Shown here: positions 1 through 10,151 of the stretch, piece by piece
Position numbering within the stretch: the stretch's first letter is position 1
Layout: each line of letters begins with the position of its first letter
Source of the DNA: Myxococcota bacterium
Lineage (GTDB): Bacteria > Myxococcota > JAJVIH01
Assembly (NCBI GenBank): GCA_022072125.1
Contig: JAJVIH010000054.1
Span: 20,368-84,367 of the forward strand
DNA length: 64,000 bases
Direction of reading: 5' to 3'
The notes under the pieces: model-generated
What the model was told of the DNA's origin: nothing
What the model saw: the letters and a program-made list of their open reading frames with translations, nothing else
Databases searched by the model: none
Made by a program: the position numbers and the translations under genes

Positions 1-78
1 GGAGTCGGCGTGAGGTCATGTGAAGGTTGAATCCCCACGCAATGTAGCCAGGACCTGGGTATCGAACAAGGCGGCAAG

Positions 79-792
79 GTGGACCCTTACCCGGCGATGA
101 TCACCATTGGCCTGTTGATGGCCGCCGTGGGCGGAGTGGCTCATTGGCGTATGGGGGCCTTGTTTCGCCAGAGCATGGGAATCTTGTCCAGACAGGGATA
201 CGGCGGCGAAACCGCGCTCCCCGCGCGGGCCGGCTGGATGATCTGCCGCGAATCACCAGGGAAACTGGAGCTTTGGGCCGGGCTTCCCTTGAAAATCAGG
301 CTGATTGGCGTCATGGGAGCCGGGCTGGTGCTTTCCTCCGCCCTGGTCTTGATGGGAGTGCTGAACATGGAATGGCTCCGCGAGAATCAATGGGCTGGCC
401 ATGCGTTGGTCGCGGGGGTTGTCCTGATCCTGGCGCTGGGAGCCGCGCCCTGGCGGGAGGAGACTCCCCGGCTGACGGCGGACGCCAGCCAGCGGTGTTT
501 TTTGGGACCCATGGGCGAGGTGGGCGCCCGGAATCATCGCGGCCGCATCGCCTGGGACGAAGCGGAGGGGTTGTTCCGGCGCCGCCAGTTCCTGCAGGGC
601 GGAAACGACCTGAGCCAGCTTTGCTATATCGCCGTGCGGTTGGGTGATGGAGCCGAATTTCGCCTGGTGGAATGGCAGCAGGATGTTTTCGAGGCGCTGG
701 CGCCGGTGGAAAAACGCATTTCCTTCCTGACCGGATTGAAGATATTGACGCCGGACCCCAGTGATCGCACCCGGCGCCGCACCTGGATTTGA
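79..792 (+). CDS. hypothetical membrane protein
   Basis: GTG start at 79 (alternative ATG at 97); three hydrophobic segments in the N-terminal half (MITIGLLMAAVGG, LIGVMGAGLVLSSALVLMGVL, ALVAGVVLILALGAAPW); no family recognised; could be spurious in GC-rich DNA. Confidence 0.35.
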   Translation: MDPYPAMITIGLLMAAVGGVAHWRMGALFRQSMGILSRQGYGGETALPARAGWMICRESPGKLELWAGLPLKIRLIGVMGAGLVLSSALVLMGVLNMEWLRENQWAGHALVAGVVLILALGAAPWREETPRLTADASQRCFLGPMGEVGARNHRGRIAWDEAEGLFRRRQFLQGGNDLSQLCYIAVRLGDGAEFRLVEWQQDVFEALAPVEKRISFLTGLKILTPDPSDRTRRRTWI

Positions 793-1019
793 GCGAAGGG
801 TTTCATCCGGCCCCGTCCCACGTCCGCATATTTCTTCCCGTGTAGCCGCCGCGCCGCCTTTCCCGGTTTGGGCTGGCGCGGGACGGCCGGAGGAATTGAC
901 CCGCCATTTGCAGGGGGCAAGATGTTGCAAATTCGATCCACCCAGCGCGTTGACTTCATGGGAAGCCCACGTTAGACCAAACCCAAGCAACCCCGGTTCA
1001 TGCGAACGGAATCCAGGCC

Positions 1020-2318
1020 ATGATCATCTGCGGAAAATGCGGAAAGGAAAATGCGGACGAATACATTTTCTGTCTGTACTGCGGAGCTGATCTGCGTGCG
1101 GGAAAACCTGCTCCAGCCGCGGCCCCGGCGGCGCCTCCCGTATTGAAGCCGAAGCCGGTGGATCCGCCTCCCGTGGTCGCGCCGTTGCCGCCGCCGGCGG
1201 TTCCCGTGATGCCGCCGCCGGTGGTTTCCCCCGTGCCGGTTCCGCCGGTGATCCAGCCGGCTTCCTTGATTCCCGCCGCGCCGGCCGGGCCGCCGCCCTT
1301 GCCCACGGCGCCGCCGGTATTGAAACCGGCCCCCGTGCTTCAGGCCACGCCGAAATCCAGCGCACCGCAACAACCCGCGGTTTTTGATTCGCTGGCTGTC
1401 GCCCCGGCCGCGCCCGAAATGGCCGCGCCATGGCAATCGGTGGCGCCAGCCGTTCCGGTGATACCAGCCGTCGCCGCGCCGTCCTCCGCCGGATTGATGA
1501 GTTGTCCGTCCTGCGGTGCGCTGAACCTGATCGGCAACCGTTTCTGCGGCTCCTGCGGCGGACGCCTGGACGCCTCGCCCACCACGCCCATGGGGGTCAG
1601 CACCCCGGCCGCGCCTTCCGCCGCGCCAGTGATCGCTCCGGCGGCGATGAAAACGCCCGCCCGCCCGCGGGCGTCGTTGACCCTGCTCAATCCCGACGGC
1701 AGCGAGGGACGCCGCTTGGACATACCCGAGGGCGAGACGATCATTGGCCGCGATCAGGGGACCATCAATTTTGACAAGGACCCGCTGCTGTCGCCCAAAC
1801 ACGCCGTGGTGGAATTTCACAATGGCCTGCTGCGCATCCGCGATGCGGGCAGCCTGAACGGCATCTACCGCCGCATTGTGAAGCCCGCGCCGCTGGAGCC
1901 CGGGTCGCGCTTCCTGGCGGGCCGCCAGTTGTTCGTGGTGGAGGACTTCGCCACCGTGCCGCGCATCGTCAATCCGGCCCCGGGGGACGCCACGCGCATC
2001 TTCGGCAGCCCGCTGGTGTCGCCGCTCTTCGCCCGGGTGGTGCATATTCTCGACAATGGATATCCCGGACGGGTTTCTCCCCTGGATATCCCCGAACTGA
2101 CGATTGGGCGCGAAGGCTGCGATCTCAGCTTCCCGGTGGACCCCTATATGTCAGCCCGGCACTGCGCCATCGAATTTCGTGATGACGCCTATTGGCTGCG
2201 TGATCTGGGCTCCGCCAATGGAACCTTCCTGCGCCTGACCCAGCCTGCCGATCTATACGACGGACAGGTGCTCATCATCGGATCGATGGTGATGCGCTTC
2301 GGCATCCACAATAGCTGA
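1020..2318 (+). CDS. FHA domain protein with N-terminal zinc ribbons and Pro-rich linker
   Basis: ATG at 1020; zinc ribbon CGKCG..CLYCG; Pro/Ala-rich low-complexity linker; second ribbon CPSCG..CGSCG; two FHA-like modules (TIIGRD..SPKHAVV..NGIYRR and LTIGREGCD..SARHCAI..SANGTFL). Confidence 0.8.
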   Translation: MIICGKCGKENADEYIFCLYCGADLRAGKPAPAAAPAAPPVLKPKPVDPPPVVAPLPPPAVPVMPPPVVSPVPVPPVIQPASLIPAAPAGPPPLPTAPPVLKPAPVLQATPKSSAPQQPAVFDSLAVAPAAPEMAAPWQSVAPAVPVIPAVAAPSSAGLMSCPSCGALNLIGNRFCGSCGGRLDASPTTPMGVSTPAAPSAAPVIAPAAMKTPARPRASLTLLNPDGSEGRRLDIPEGETIIGRDQGTINFDKDPLLSPKHAVVEFHNGLLRIRDAGSLNGIYRRIVKPAPLEPGSRFLAGRQLFVVEDFATVPRIVNPAPGDATRIFGSPLVSPLFARVVHILDNGYPGRVSPLDIPELTIGREGCDLSFPVDPYMSARHCAIEFRDDAYWLRDLGSANGTFLRLTQPADLYDGQVLIIGSMVMRFGIHNS

Positions 2319-2412
2319 GATTTCCCGCGCATTCAGGCGGCGGCCGGATGATGGCCGCTCTCTGTGCGCTTCACCGGCGCGGCGTCATTCAACCGGCGGG
2401 GGGGGGCAAGGA

Positions 2413-3345
2413 TCATTCCACTTTGGTGATCACGCATTGCTCGTACATCCGGTGAACATCTTCCGGATGACACAGCACCGTGCCGCGGGTAATCACCGCC
2501 GCGGTTCCGGCGGCGACGCCCCAGCGCAGGGCCACGTCGGGCGCCATGCCGTTGTATAAACCATAGAGGATGCCCGCGATCATGGAATCGCCCGCGCCGA
2601 CGCTGCTTTCCGCGCGCACGTCCGGGCCCTTGCCGTGAAAGACATTCCTGCGATCAATCCAGAAGGCGCCGTCCTTGCCCATGGAAACCACCAACTGTTC
2701 CAGACCCTTGTCGAGCAGGCTTTTTCCCGCGCGCAGCACATCGTTGCGGTCATGCAGCGTACGCTCCACCAGGCGGGATAGCTCGTGTACGTTGGGCTTG
2801 ATCAGGAATGGTTTGGCCTGCACCACGGCGATCAGCAGTTCTCCGTCGGTGTCCACCACCACCGGAACGCCCTTGGCGCGCGCGTCTTCCACCAGGGTGT
2901 TGTACAAATCCAGCGGTACGCCGGGCGGCAGGGTGCCGCCGCAGACCATCATCTTGCTGCGCCCCAGTTCTTCGTGCAGGGTTCGCCGCAGTTCATCCAG
3001 CGAGTGCATGGTCATGTTGGGACCGGGAGCGCTGACCCGCGTCTGGGTGCCTTCCCGCAGATCGGTGAGGATGATGCCGAGGCGCGTGTCCCCCGGTACG
3101 GGGACCAGCCGGTGCTTCACGTTCTCCTCATCCAGCAGGTCGCCCAGCAGCTTGCCGGTATGACCGCCCGCCACCGCGATCGCCAGCGTTGGCGCGCCCA
3201 ACCGCTGCAGCACGCGCGAGACATTGATTCCCTTGCCGCCGGGGTCGCGCATGACATGCACGGCCCGGTTGGCGTCGTCCTTTTTGAGGTCCAGGACTTC
3301 GTAGGTGATGTCAATGCAGGGATTCACCGTCAGGGTGCAAATCAT
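2413..3345 (-). CDS. PfkB-family sugar kinase (1-phosphofructokinase / tagatose-6-phosphate kinase-like)
   Basis: ATG (rc) at 3343-3345; 310 aa; ribokinase/PfkB-like pattern with GGKGINV near the N-terminus and C-terminal GAGDSMIAG anion-hole/ATP motif. Confidence 0.8.
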   Translation of the reverse strand: MICTLTVNPCIDITYEVLDLKKDDANRAVHVMRDPGGKGINVSRVLQRLGAPTLAIAVAGGHTGKLLGDLLDEENVKHRLVPVPGDTRLGIILTDLREGTQTRVSAPGPNMTMHSLDELRRTLHEELGRSKMMVCGGTLPPGVPLDLYNTLVEDARAKGVPVVVDTDGELLIAVVQAKPFLIKPNVHELSRLVERTLHDRNDVLRAGKSLLDKGLEQLVVSMGKDGAFWIDRRNVFHGKGPDVRAESSVGAGDSMIAGILYGLYNGMAPDVALRWGVAAGTAAVITRGTVLCHPEDVHRMYEQCVITKVE

Positions 3346-3357
3346 GAACAGCGCCTT

Positions 3358-4218
3358 TCACTTGGCGGAACGATTGGAATCTTCGCGGTTGTAAGGCAAC
3401 ATCCAGCGCTTCTGCAACCAGGGCAGTGCGTACAGGGCGGTATGCTTGCGGGCGAAATTCATCACGTCGCGCAGGCGGCTGATCAGTTCGGCTTCGCGGG
3501 AATGCACTTCCGGCTGCACCCGCGCCCGCAGCGCCGTCCACAGATCATCGCGGGTTTTCACCCCCGGAAACACCACGGTGCTGTTCCCCAGCGACCGCGG
3601 ATGATGGCTGTCCGACACCGCCAGCGCGGGCTTTCCCTGCTGGCGGGCGAAATCCATGCCATTGCGGTTGGATCCCACGGTCAGGCTGTCGTTATGGCCC
3701 TCGACATAAGAAATCCGCGGCCAGATGGACGAGCCCAGCAACAGTTCCTTGCGTTCGGGGTCCGCCTCGATGTTCTTCCACGCCGGGGCGAACGGGTGGG
3801 GCAGCGACACCACCGCCTGGTATTCCGTCAGCGCCTCGAACAACTCCTGCATGGACAGGGTGGTGACCGCGTAGCGGCGGGGAATCCGGTGTTTCTCCAG
3901 GTGGCGGACGAAGAAATCCTCCAGTTCGCCGAACTCACGGAAGTACAGGATGAACTCCAGCCGCTCCCAGGTGGCGACCTCAATGGCGGGCAGGACGACC
4001 AGGTCCGGAGTATTGACGATGATTGACGAGCCGCGGATTTCGTTGTGATCAGTCAGGGTGGGGTGGATGCCGCGCCGCCGCGCCAGTTCAATGATTTTAT
4101 GGGGATTCTGGGTTCCGTCGGAGAAAGTGCTGTGCAAATGCAGGTCGCAGCGCACTCCCTCGTGGTCATGGATGAAACGGATTTCCCGGTCCGCTGGATT
4201 GTTTGGTGTTTGGGACAT
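3358..4218 (-). CDS. PHP-domain metal-dependent phosphoesterase
   Basis: Six-frame ORF 3358..4425 trimmed to internal ATG (MSQTPNN...) at 4218 because the upstream part overlaps rnc; PHP N-terminal motif DLHLHSTFSDG plus later His/Asp ligands (LTDHNEI, AVSDSHHP). Confidence 0.7.
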   Translation of the reverse strand: MSQTPNNPADREIRFIHDHEGVRCDLHLHSTFSDGTQNPHKIIELARRRGIHPTLTDHNEIRGSSIIVNTPDLVVLPAIEVATWERLEFILYFREFGELEDFFVRHLEKHRIPRRYAVTTLSMQELFEALTEYQAVVSLPHPFAPAWKNIEADPERKELLLGSSIWPRISYVEGHNDSLTVGSNRNGMDFARQQGKPALAVSDSHHPRSLGNSTVVFPGVKTRDDLWTALRARVQPEVHSREAELISRLRDVMNFARKHTALYALPWLQKRWMLPYNREDSNRSAK

Positions 4219-4327
4219 CAATGGCCGCCGCATTCTGGTCTTTGCCACTCTAACGCGGTCTTCCCCGCCAGGAAAGCAGGTTGAGGGGGATGGTGATGGA
4301 TTCCACCCCGCCGGCGCGGCGTCATGC

Positions 4328-5050
4328 CTACCCCAAACTTTTGAGCGCTCCCAGGCCCATGCGGGCTGCCGCCTGTTCCGCCGCCTTTTTATTGCGGCCA
4401 GAACCTTCTCCCAGCTTGAGGCCATTCAGCAGCAACTCCACCTTGAAGGTTTTGTCGTGGTCAGGGCCGGTCTCCCCGATCAGCCGGTAAACCGGCGAGG
4501 CGCGGAAGCGCGCCTGGGTCAGTTCCTGAAGCTGGGTCTTGAAATCCTTGGCTCGCGGCGCGTTCAGCGCCTCCTCGACGTGGAGCAGGTAGATGCGCGT
4601 GACCAGGTCGCGCGCCATGTCCAGTCCCTGATCCAGGTAGACCGCCGCCACCACCGCCTCGAACATGTCCGCGAGCATGGAATCCTTGCCGCGCCCGCCG
4701 CTTTTCTCTTCGCCCGCCCCCAGGCGGATGTGCTCGTTCAACTTCCACTCGCGGGCGATTTGCGCCAGCGTGCTTTCATTGACCAGCGCGGCGCGCAGCT
4801 TCGACAATTCCCCCTCGGTCGCGCGCGGACGCCGGTCAAAGAGCAACTGGCCCACCAGCAGGTTGACCACCGCATCGCCGAGAAATTCCAGGCGCTCGTA
4901 GTTTCCGCGCGCCTGACCCGGGTGTTCGTGATCCCACGAGGGATGCGTGATGGCCGACTCCAGCAGGCCGGGGTCGCGAAAACGCACGCCCAGCCGCTGC
5001 TCCAGATTTTCGAGAGGGGCGTGCGCCAACCGGGTCGTTTCGCGGGACAT
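4328..5050 (-). CDS. rnc: ribonuclease III
   Basis: Start taken at ATG for MSRETTRLAH (5050); RNase III signature ERLEFLGDAVV, catalytic-region acidic residues, C-terminal dsRBD (KDFKTQLQEL..GSGRNKKAAEQAAA). Confidence 0.9.
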   Translation of the reverse strand: MSRETTRLAHAPLENLEQRLGVRFRDPGLLESAITHPSWDHEHPGQARGNYERLEFLGDAVVNLLVGQLLFDRRPRATEGELSKLRAALVNESTLAQIAREWKLNEHIRLGAGEEKSGGRGKDSMLADMFEAVVAAVYLDQGLDMARDLVTRIYLLHVEEALNAPRAKDFKTQLQELTQARFRASPVYRLIGETGPDHDKTFKVELLLNGLKLGEGSGRNKKAAEQAAARMGLGALKSLG

Positions 5051-5377
5051 GGTCCGCAGGCTACCTGCAAGGCCGCGCTTTCTCAACACGGCGGGCGATT
5101 CCGCGGCGGACGGGCGATGGTCGGCGGCGCGGCGTGATTTCGTGCGGCGCCCGCGCGATCACCCGCGGTTCCGCATGGCCTTCAGCGCGCGGAAGCCTGG
5201 GCTTTCTTCTCCACAATACGCGGGCGGGTCTTCGTTTCCATGGGACAGAGCGATACCCGGTCCGGCCATCGAACAGCAGACCCCGGCCGTATTTTTCCGG
5301 CGGGAGAGACGCCCACGGATACGCCTGCGGCTTCGAGAACAACTCCCGGTGCAGGAGCTGGCGCCCCATCGCGTCAG

Positions 5378-7549
5378 TCAACGCATGCGGATCCGGCGGC
5401 GCAGCGCCAGCGCCAGCAAGGCGGCGGCCAGAACCCACGGCGTCCTCCTGCTGGGCGCGGGCGCGGAAATTGCGCAGCCGCAACCTGAACCGCCAGGCGC
5501 GGTGGTCAGGGGAACGCCGGCGTCCGGCGCTGGGGAAGCGGTCTGTTTGCCCGCGCATTTCAGGGCGCCCGGGCAATCCGCGGAGGAAGAAAAACATTCA
5601 GCCAACGGTCCCGGATTGACCGCCTCTCCGGCGTTGGCGCACAACTCGGCGCAATTCAGCGGCGCCTCGCAAGCAACATGTTTTCCGCAGGCTTCCTCGC
5701 AACCGCGATTGGCGGCGGGCGGAGAGTCCAGATCCGGCGTCCCGGCGTCTGGCTCCGCCGCATCCGCCGCTGTTCCCGGTGAGGCGTCGGAGGCCGGACC
5801 ATCGCCGGCCCCGGCGTCTGGCGGACTTTCGCTGATCACCACCACATGGGACGCCGGGAAAGAATCCGCCTTGCCGTCGTTGACGATCAGTTGAACCACC
5901 ACGTTGTTTTCCTTCTCCGATTCCGGGAACGCCAGATCGAGGAAAGGTCCGTCAAACGAGCCTTCATTGAAGGCGGTTCCAGACACCACCGACCACTTGT
6001 AGGTCAGCGGATCGCCATTGGGATCGGAGGACTCGACGCCATCCAGCGTCACCACTCCTCCAGGAGGAGCGTGCCCCGGGCCCTTGATCACCGCCACTGG
6101 AGGATCATTGATGGTGTCTAGCACCAGCACCCGGACCCGCGCCGGCGCGGAGGTCAGTTCGCCATCGGAGACTGTCAGTTCCAACACCAGCGCCACGGAA
6201 GCGTTGACCGATGGAGTCCGGATTTCCGGCGTGGGCGAGTTAAGGCCGCTCACCACGGCCGCCGGCCCGGAAATCTGCTTCCAGGAGAAAGTCAGGCGGT
6301 CCCCGTCCGGATCGAAGGAGCCGCGTCCGTCGAATTTGATGTCTGTCTGCTCCGGCGCGTCGAAGTCAATACCGGCGTTGGCCACGGGCGCGCGGTTGGG
6401 CGGGCGGCAGGTCCCGCGGACGCAAACCGTTCCGCTGGAGCACTGGTTGTCGGTCTGGCAGTTGCGTGAACAGACGGCGGCGGCGCACTGGAACGGCGCG
6501 CACTCCTGGCGGCTGGACTCCACGCATTCGCCGATTGAGTTGCAGACCTTCTCTCCAACCGCGACCGTGCCGTCACAGGCGGCGGCTCCGCAGGATTGTC
6601 CTTTGCGCGCGGGGCGGGTGGAGCATTTCCGGGCCGTTTCGTCGCAGAACCCCTCGATGCAAGGGTTTCCGCTGACGCCGCAACTCAGCGGTTCTCCACC
6701 CGCGCATACGCCGTCCTGGCATTTGTCCGACGAGGTGCAAAATTTTCCGTCGTCGCAGGAGGCGCCGTTGGCCCGGTTGGAGAGTTGGGTCTGGCTGGAT
6801 TCGGGCAGGCAGAATTTGCATCCCACGCTTCCCGGCACGTCGCCCTTGCGGTAGCAGCGGTTGTCAATCAGGCAGCGGTCGGACTTGATGGGATGCTCGC
6901 ATTTTCCGCCCAGGCAGACATCGCTGGTGCATTCAAACTGATCGGCGGCGCACGGGGATTGGTCCGCTTTTTTCGGATGATTACAGGAGCCGTTCTGGCA
7001 AATGTCCTCGGTGCAGGAGTCTCCATCGTCATTGCACGAGACCCCATTATTGCGGTTGGGATGGGCGCAGTTCCGGTTGTTGCACAGGTCATCGGTGCAG
7101 GGATTTCCGTCGTCCACGCACCGGGTGCCGTTGGGATGGTAGGCGCATCCGCCGGCCCCGTCGCAAACCCCGGTCGTACCGCAGGTCTGGGCTTTCTGTT
7201 CGGCGCATTCGTTGTCGGGATCCTGTCCGGAAGGGATATTGCCGCAGGTTCCCGTTTGTCCGCCCTTTTTGGAAGCCAGGCAGGAGACGCAGGTCCCATT
7301 GCAGGGGGTATTGCAGCAGACCCCCTCGACGCAGTTGCCGCTTTCGCACAGCGTAGCCACGGTGCAGGTGGCGCCGTTGGGCGACAATACCGGAAGGGGG
7401 CCCGGTCCCGGGTCGGGCGGAATATTGGCGACGCTCCAGTCCGGAAGGGTAAACACCATCCGTGGGCCGCTCATCGCCTGGGCGGCGTTGGACGCCAGCG
7501 CCAGGACCATCACTGACAAAATCAGCCTCATGATGTGTCGCATACGCAT
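5378..7549 (-). CDS. secreted Cys-rich repeat protein with PKD/Ig-like domains and MYXO-CTERM-like C-terminal sorting signal
   Basis: Start at MRMRHIMRLILSVMVLALASNAAQA (signal peptide); many C-x-DDGNPCT-like Cys repeats; two PKD-like segments (DPDGD..T..W); C-terminus GCGCAIS + hydrophobic stretch + RRRIRMR. Confidence 0.75.
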   Translation of the reverse strand: MRMRHIMRLILSVMVLALASNAAQAMSGPRMVFTLPDWSVANIPPDPGPGPLPVLSPNGATCTVATLCESGNCVEGVCCNTPCNGTCVSCLASKKGGQTGTCGNIPSGQDPDNECAEQKAQTCGTTGVCDGAGGCAYHPNGTRCVDDGNPCTDDLCNNRNCAHPNRNNGVSCNDDGDSCTEDICQNGSCNHPKKADQSPCAADQFECTSDVCLGGKCEHPIKSDRCLIDNRCYRKGDVPGSVGCKFCLPESSQTQLSNRANGASCDDGKFCTSSDKCQDGVCAGGEPLSCGVSGNPCIEGFCDETARKCSTRPARKGQSCGAAACDGTVAVGEKVCNSIGECVESSRQECAPFQCAAAVCSRNCQTDNQCSSGTVCVRGTCRPPNRAPVANAGIDFDAPEQTDIKFDGRGSFDPDGDRLTFSWKQISGPAAVVSGLNSPTPEIRTPSVNASVALVLELTVSDGELTSAPARVRVLVLDTINDPPVAVIKGPGHAPPGGVVTLDGVESSDPNGDPLTYKWSVVSGTAFNEGSFDGPFLDLAFPESEKENNVVVQLIVNDGKADSFPASHVVVISESPPDAGAGDGPASDASPGTAADAAEPDAGTPDLDSPPAANRGCEEACGKHVACEAPLNCAELCANAGEAVNPGPLAECFSSSADCPGALKCAGKQTASPAPDAGVPLTTAPGGSGCGCAISAPAPSRRTPWVLAAALLALALRRRIRMR

Positions 7550-7672
7550 TTCAACCCCCGTGCCGCACCCATTCGATTGGCGCGAGAATAACACAACTTC
7601 CGGTTCAAGGCGAGTCAGGGCGTCCGGGCTTTGCACCCGCGGGTCTTGAAGCACTGGAGAAGGTGATGGGGA

Positions 7673-8446
7673 TCAGGCGGCCGCCGTCCTGACCCGGACG
7701 ACGCTGGGAAGCAACTCCCGCAGAACAGGCGTTCCCGACAACACTGGCAGAAGCAGGGCGGGGATCCCCCGGGGATATTCCAGCCGCACGAGTTCCACCG
7801 TGGCAATTGCGGGCGACCATGATCGGAGCAACGCCTGGATTTCATTCGGGTTCACGCCCCAGGGCATTGGCGGGGCGGTGTAATGTCTGGTTCGCCGGAA
7901 TCCGGATAGCGTCATTTTCGAGAACCACCGGGGGATTGTGTCAAACATCAATTCGACGCCGGGAAACCGCCCGCAAATCGCCTGGATGAGGCCCTGAACC
8001 TTCGCCGGTTCAAAGTACATCAACAAACCCTGCGCGGAGACAAATACCCCGTTCGCGGTCGCGATTCCGTCCATCCAGGAGAGGTCGAGCACGCTTGCGG
8101 CTATATGCATGCAGCGTTCCGTGGGCGGCAGGAAACGCTCCCGGATTGCGATGGATCCGGGAAGGTCCACGCAATACCACCGGATCTGGCCGTCATCCAG
8201 CCGTTGAAACTGGGTTTCAAGTCCGCACCCCAGTTCAACCACGGACCCACCCGGATGCTCCGCCATCCACTGTTTGATCGCGCGGTCGAACAGGAGCGAA
8301 CGGACCGCATGCGATGCATCCGGTTTTCCAAAACTCCGCTCGTAGTCATAGGCAATACTCCGGTGGATTCTGACGGCATGTTCATCCCGGAGAATCGAAT
8401 CCGTCCGCAGCGCTTCGCCCGCGCGGTTGTGAAGGGTCCACAACAT
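7673..8446 (-). CDS. class I SAM-dependent methyltransferase (TcmP / leucine carboxyl methyltransferase-like)
   Basis: Six-frame ORF starts with TTG at 8491; more likely ATG at 8446 (MLWTLHNRAGE); SAM-binding motif VVELGCGLETQ; alternative start 8491 not excluded. Confidence 0.7.
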   Translation of the reverse strand: MLWTLHNRAGEALRTDSILRDEHAVRIHRSIAYDYERSFGKPDASHAVRSLLFDRAIKQWMAEHPGGSVVELGCGLETQFQRLDDGQIRWYCVDLPGSIAIRERFLPPTERCMHIAASVLDLSWMDGIATANGVFVSAQGLLMYFEPAKVQGLIQAICGRFPGVELMFDTIPRWFSKMTLSGFRRTRHYTAPPMPWGVNPNEIQALLRSWSPAIATVELVRLEYPRGIPALLLPVLSGTPVLRELLPSVVRVRTAAA

Positions 8447-8490
8447 GGTTTCCGGAACGCCGGTGAGATTGGGGACAAATCCGCGCTTCA

Positions 8491-10002
8491 ATGGCCATGC
8501 TCCTTATGAGAAACCGCTCCCCCGCGTCTTTCGCCCCGTTGTATGGTCCTGATGGATGCGAAAATCAATCATCCCCGTTCTGGCGCGGCGGAAGTTCCTG
8601 TGGAATGATCTTCTCCGTGCCGCCAAAGACACGTAAATTCACCATCCCGCGGGTGCAGCGCGCATGGGAGTTCTTGCAGGGGCCCCTGTGGGATATTGAC
8701 CTGGACTCGGCGCCGCGGGCGCGCGCCTTTTTCTACCGCCAACTCCGGGTGCTCTACATCGTTGTCTCCGGCGCCCTGCGCGGACAGGTTCCTTTGCGGG
8801 CGTCATCCTTGACCTACATCTCGCTGTTGTCGCTGGTGCCCATCCTCACCGTCATGCTCATGCTGGTGAAGGGCCTGTCCGGCATGGAGACCGTGCAGGT
8901 TCGCCTGCAGGAGTACATCCTGCAGAACGTCGCCGCGGGCAACCAGCAGGTGGTGCGCGAGTACCTGATGAAGTTCCTGCGCAACATCCGCGGCGGGGCG
9001 ATCGAGGGCATCAGCGTCGCGTTTCTGTTTTACACGGTGATTTCGCTGCTCAGCCATATCGAGGAGGCGTTCAACGAAATCTGGGGCATCCGCAACAAGC
9101 GCCCGTTCATCGAGCGGGTCAAAACCTACCTGGTCAGCGTGCTGGTTGGTCCGCCGCTGCTCGGTCTCAGCCTGACCATGACGGCTTCCCTGCAAAACGC
9201 CGCGGCGGTGGAGTGGTTGACGGAACATGCGCCGTGGGTGACCTCGCTGTTCACCCTGACGCCGGTCATCGTCACCTGGATCGCCTTCACACTGATGTAC
9301 CGCATCATGCCGAATACGCGCATCCCCGCCGGGGCGGCGGTGGCGGGCGGGGTGATTGGCGGCACCATCTGGGAGATCGCGAAATTCGGTTACACCATCT
9401 TCTCCAAGAAGGCGGTCACCTACAGCGCCATCTATGGACCGCTGGCGGCCATCCCCCTGTTTTTCATCTGGGTGTACATCACCTGGCTGGTGGTGCTGTT
9501 CGGCGCCCAGGTCGCGTTCGCCAACCAGGTCGCTGCCACCTTTGAAATCGAGGAACGGGCGCTCAACACGCCGTTCCGCGCGCGGCTCCGCGCCGCCATG
9601 CTGCTGATGATCGCCATCGCGCGGGACTTTTACGATGGTGTTTCCCCCCGCACCGACGACGAACTGGCGCGCGATCTGGGCATCCCCGTCCGGCTGGCGC
9701 GCGAAGTGCTGCACGTGCTGGCCGGACAACGCCTGTTGCTGCAGATCAATCACGAGGACAGCCATGCCTATGCGCCCGGCCGCTCCATAGACACCATCAC
9801 CCTGTACGATGTCGCCAGCGCGATGTCGGATTGCGGAACCTTCGATCCCAAATTCCGGGACAGCGAAACCAATGATCTGGTGGCATCGATCTTCAATCAA
9901 CTTGACGAGGACGATCGCAGGACATTGGGGACCCAGACCCTGCACGCCATTGTCGCCGCCCGTCCAGAAGAACGGCGTCATCTTTCCGTCGCAGGGGCAT
10001 GA
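8491..10002 (+). CDS. YihY/BrkB (virulence factor BrkB / RNase BN-like) family inner-membrane protein with C-terminal extension
   Basis: ATG at 8491; hallmark LTYISLLSLVPILTV segment and multiple TM helices; roughly 150 aa cytoplasmic C-terminal tail; internal start at 8605 possible. Confidence 0.75.
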   Translation: MAMLLMRNRSPASFAPLYGPDGCENQSSPFWRGGSSCGMIFSVPPKTRKFTIPRVQRAWEFLQGPLWDIDLDSAPRARAFFYRQLRVLYIVVSGALRGQVPLRASSLTYISLLSLVPILTVMLMLVKGLSGMETVQVRLQEYILQNVAAGNQQVVREYLMKFLRNIRGGAIEGISVAFLFYTVISLLSHIEEAFNEIWGIRNKRPFIERVKTYLVSVLVGPPLLGLSLTMTASLQNAAAVEWLTEHAPWVTSLFTLTPVIVTWIAFTLMYRIMPNTRIPAGAAVAGGVIGGTIWEIAKFGYTIFSKKAVTYSAIYGPLAAIPLFFIWVYITWLVVLFGAQVAFANQVAATFEIEERALNTPFRARLRAAMLLMIAIARDFYDGVSPRTDDELARDLGIPVRLAREVLHVLAGQRLLLQINHEDSHAYAPGRSIDTITLYDVASAMSDCGTFDPKFRDSETNDLVASIFNQLDEDDRRTLGTQTLHAIVAARPEERRHLSVAGA

Positions 10003-10012
10003 TGGGAGATTG

Positions 10013-10027
10013 GTTCAACGGTTGAAC
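10013..10027. promoter_or_regulatory. near-perfect palindrome GTTCAAC-G-GTTGAAC
   Basis: 7-bp inverted arms with 1-nt spacer read directly from sequence, 11 bp after the YihY stop and about 125 bp from the tRNA-Ser 3' end; function unknown. Confidence 0.25.
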
Positions 10028-10151
10028 GGCCGGGCTGACGGCATCCTTGCGGGAGCACGATTGATGACCCGGGATGGCGTTAAGGGAAGACGGTTTCTCG
10101 CGGCGTGGTTCCAATCGCGGCAGGCGCCGCCGGAACAAGGGGGAGATAAAA

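Noticed and set aside
972-2045. 357-aa minus-strand ORF rich in Arg/Gly/His
   Set aside because: Antisense shadow of the FHA gene (1020..2318); low-complexity Arg/Gly composition typical of wrong-frame translation of GC-rich DNA
2785-4026. 413-aa plus-strand ORF
   Set aside because: Antisense to the PfkB and PHP genes, which have clear family motifs; no motif of its own
8803-9981. 392-aa minus-strand ORF
   Set aside because: Antisense to the YihY-family gene; Arg/Gly/Asp-rich, no family features
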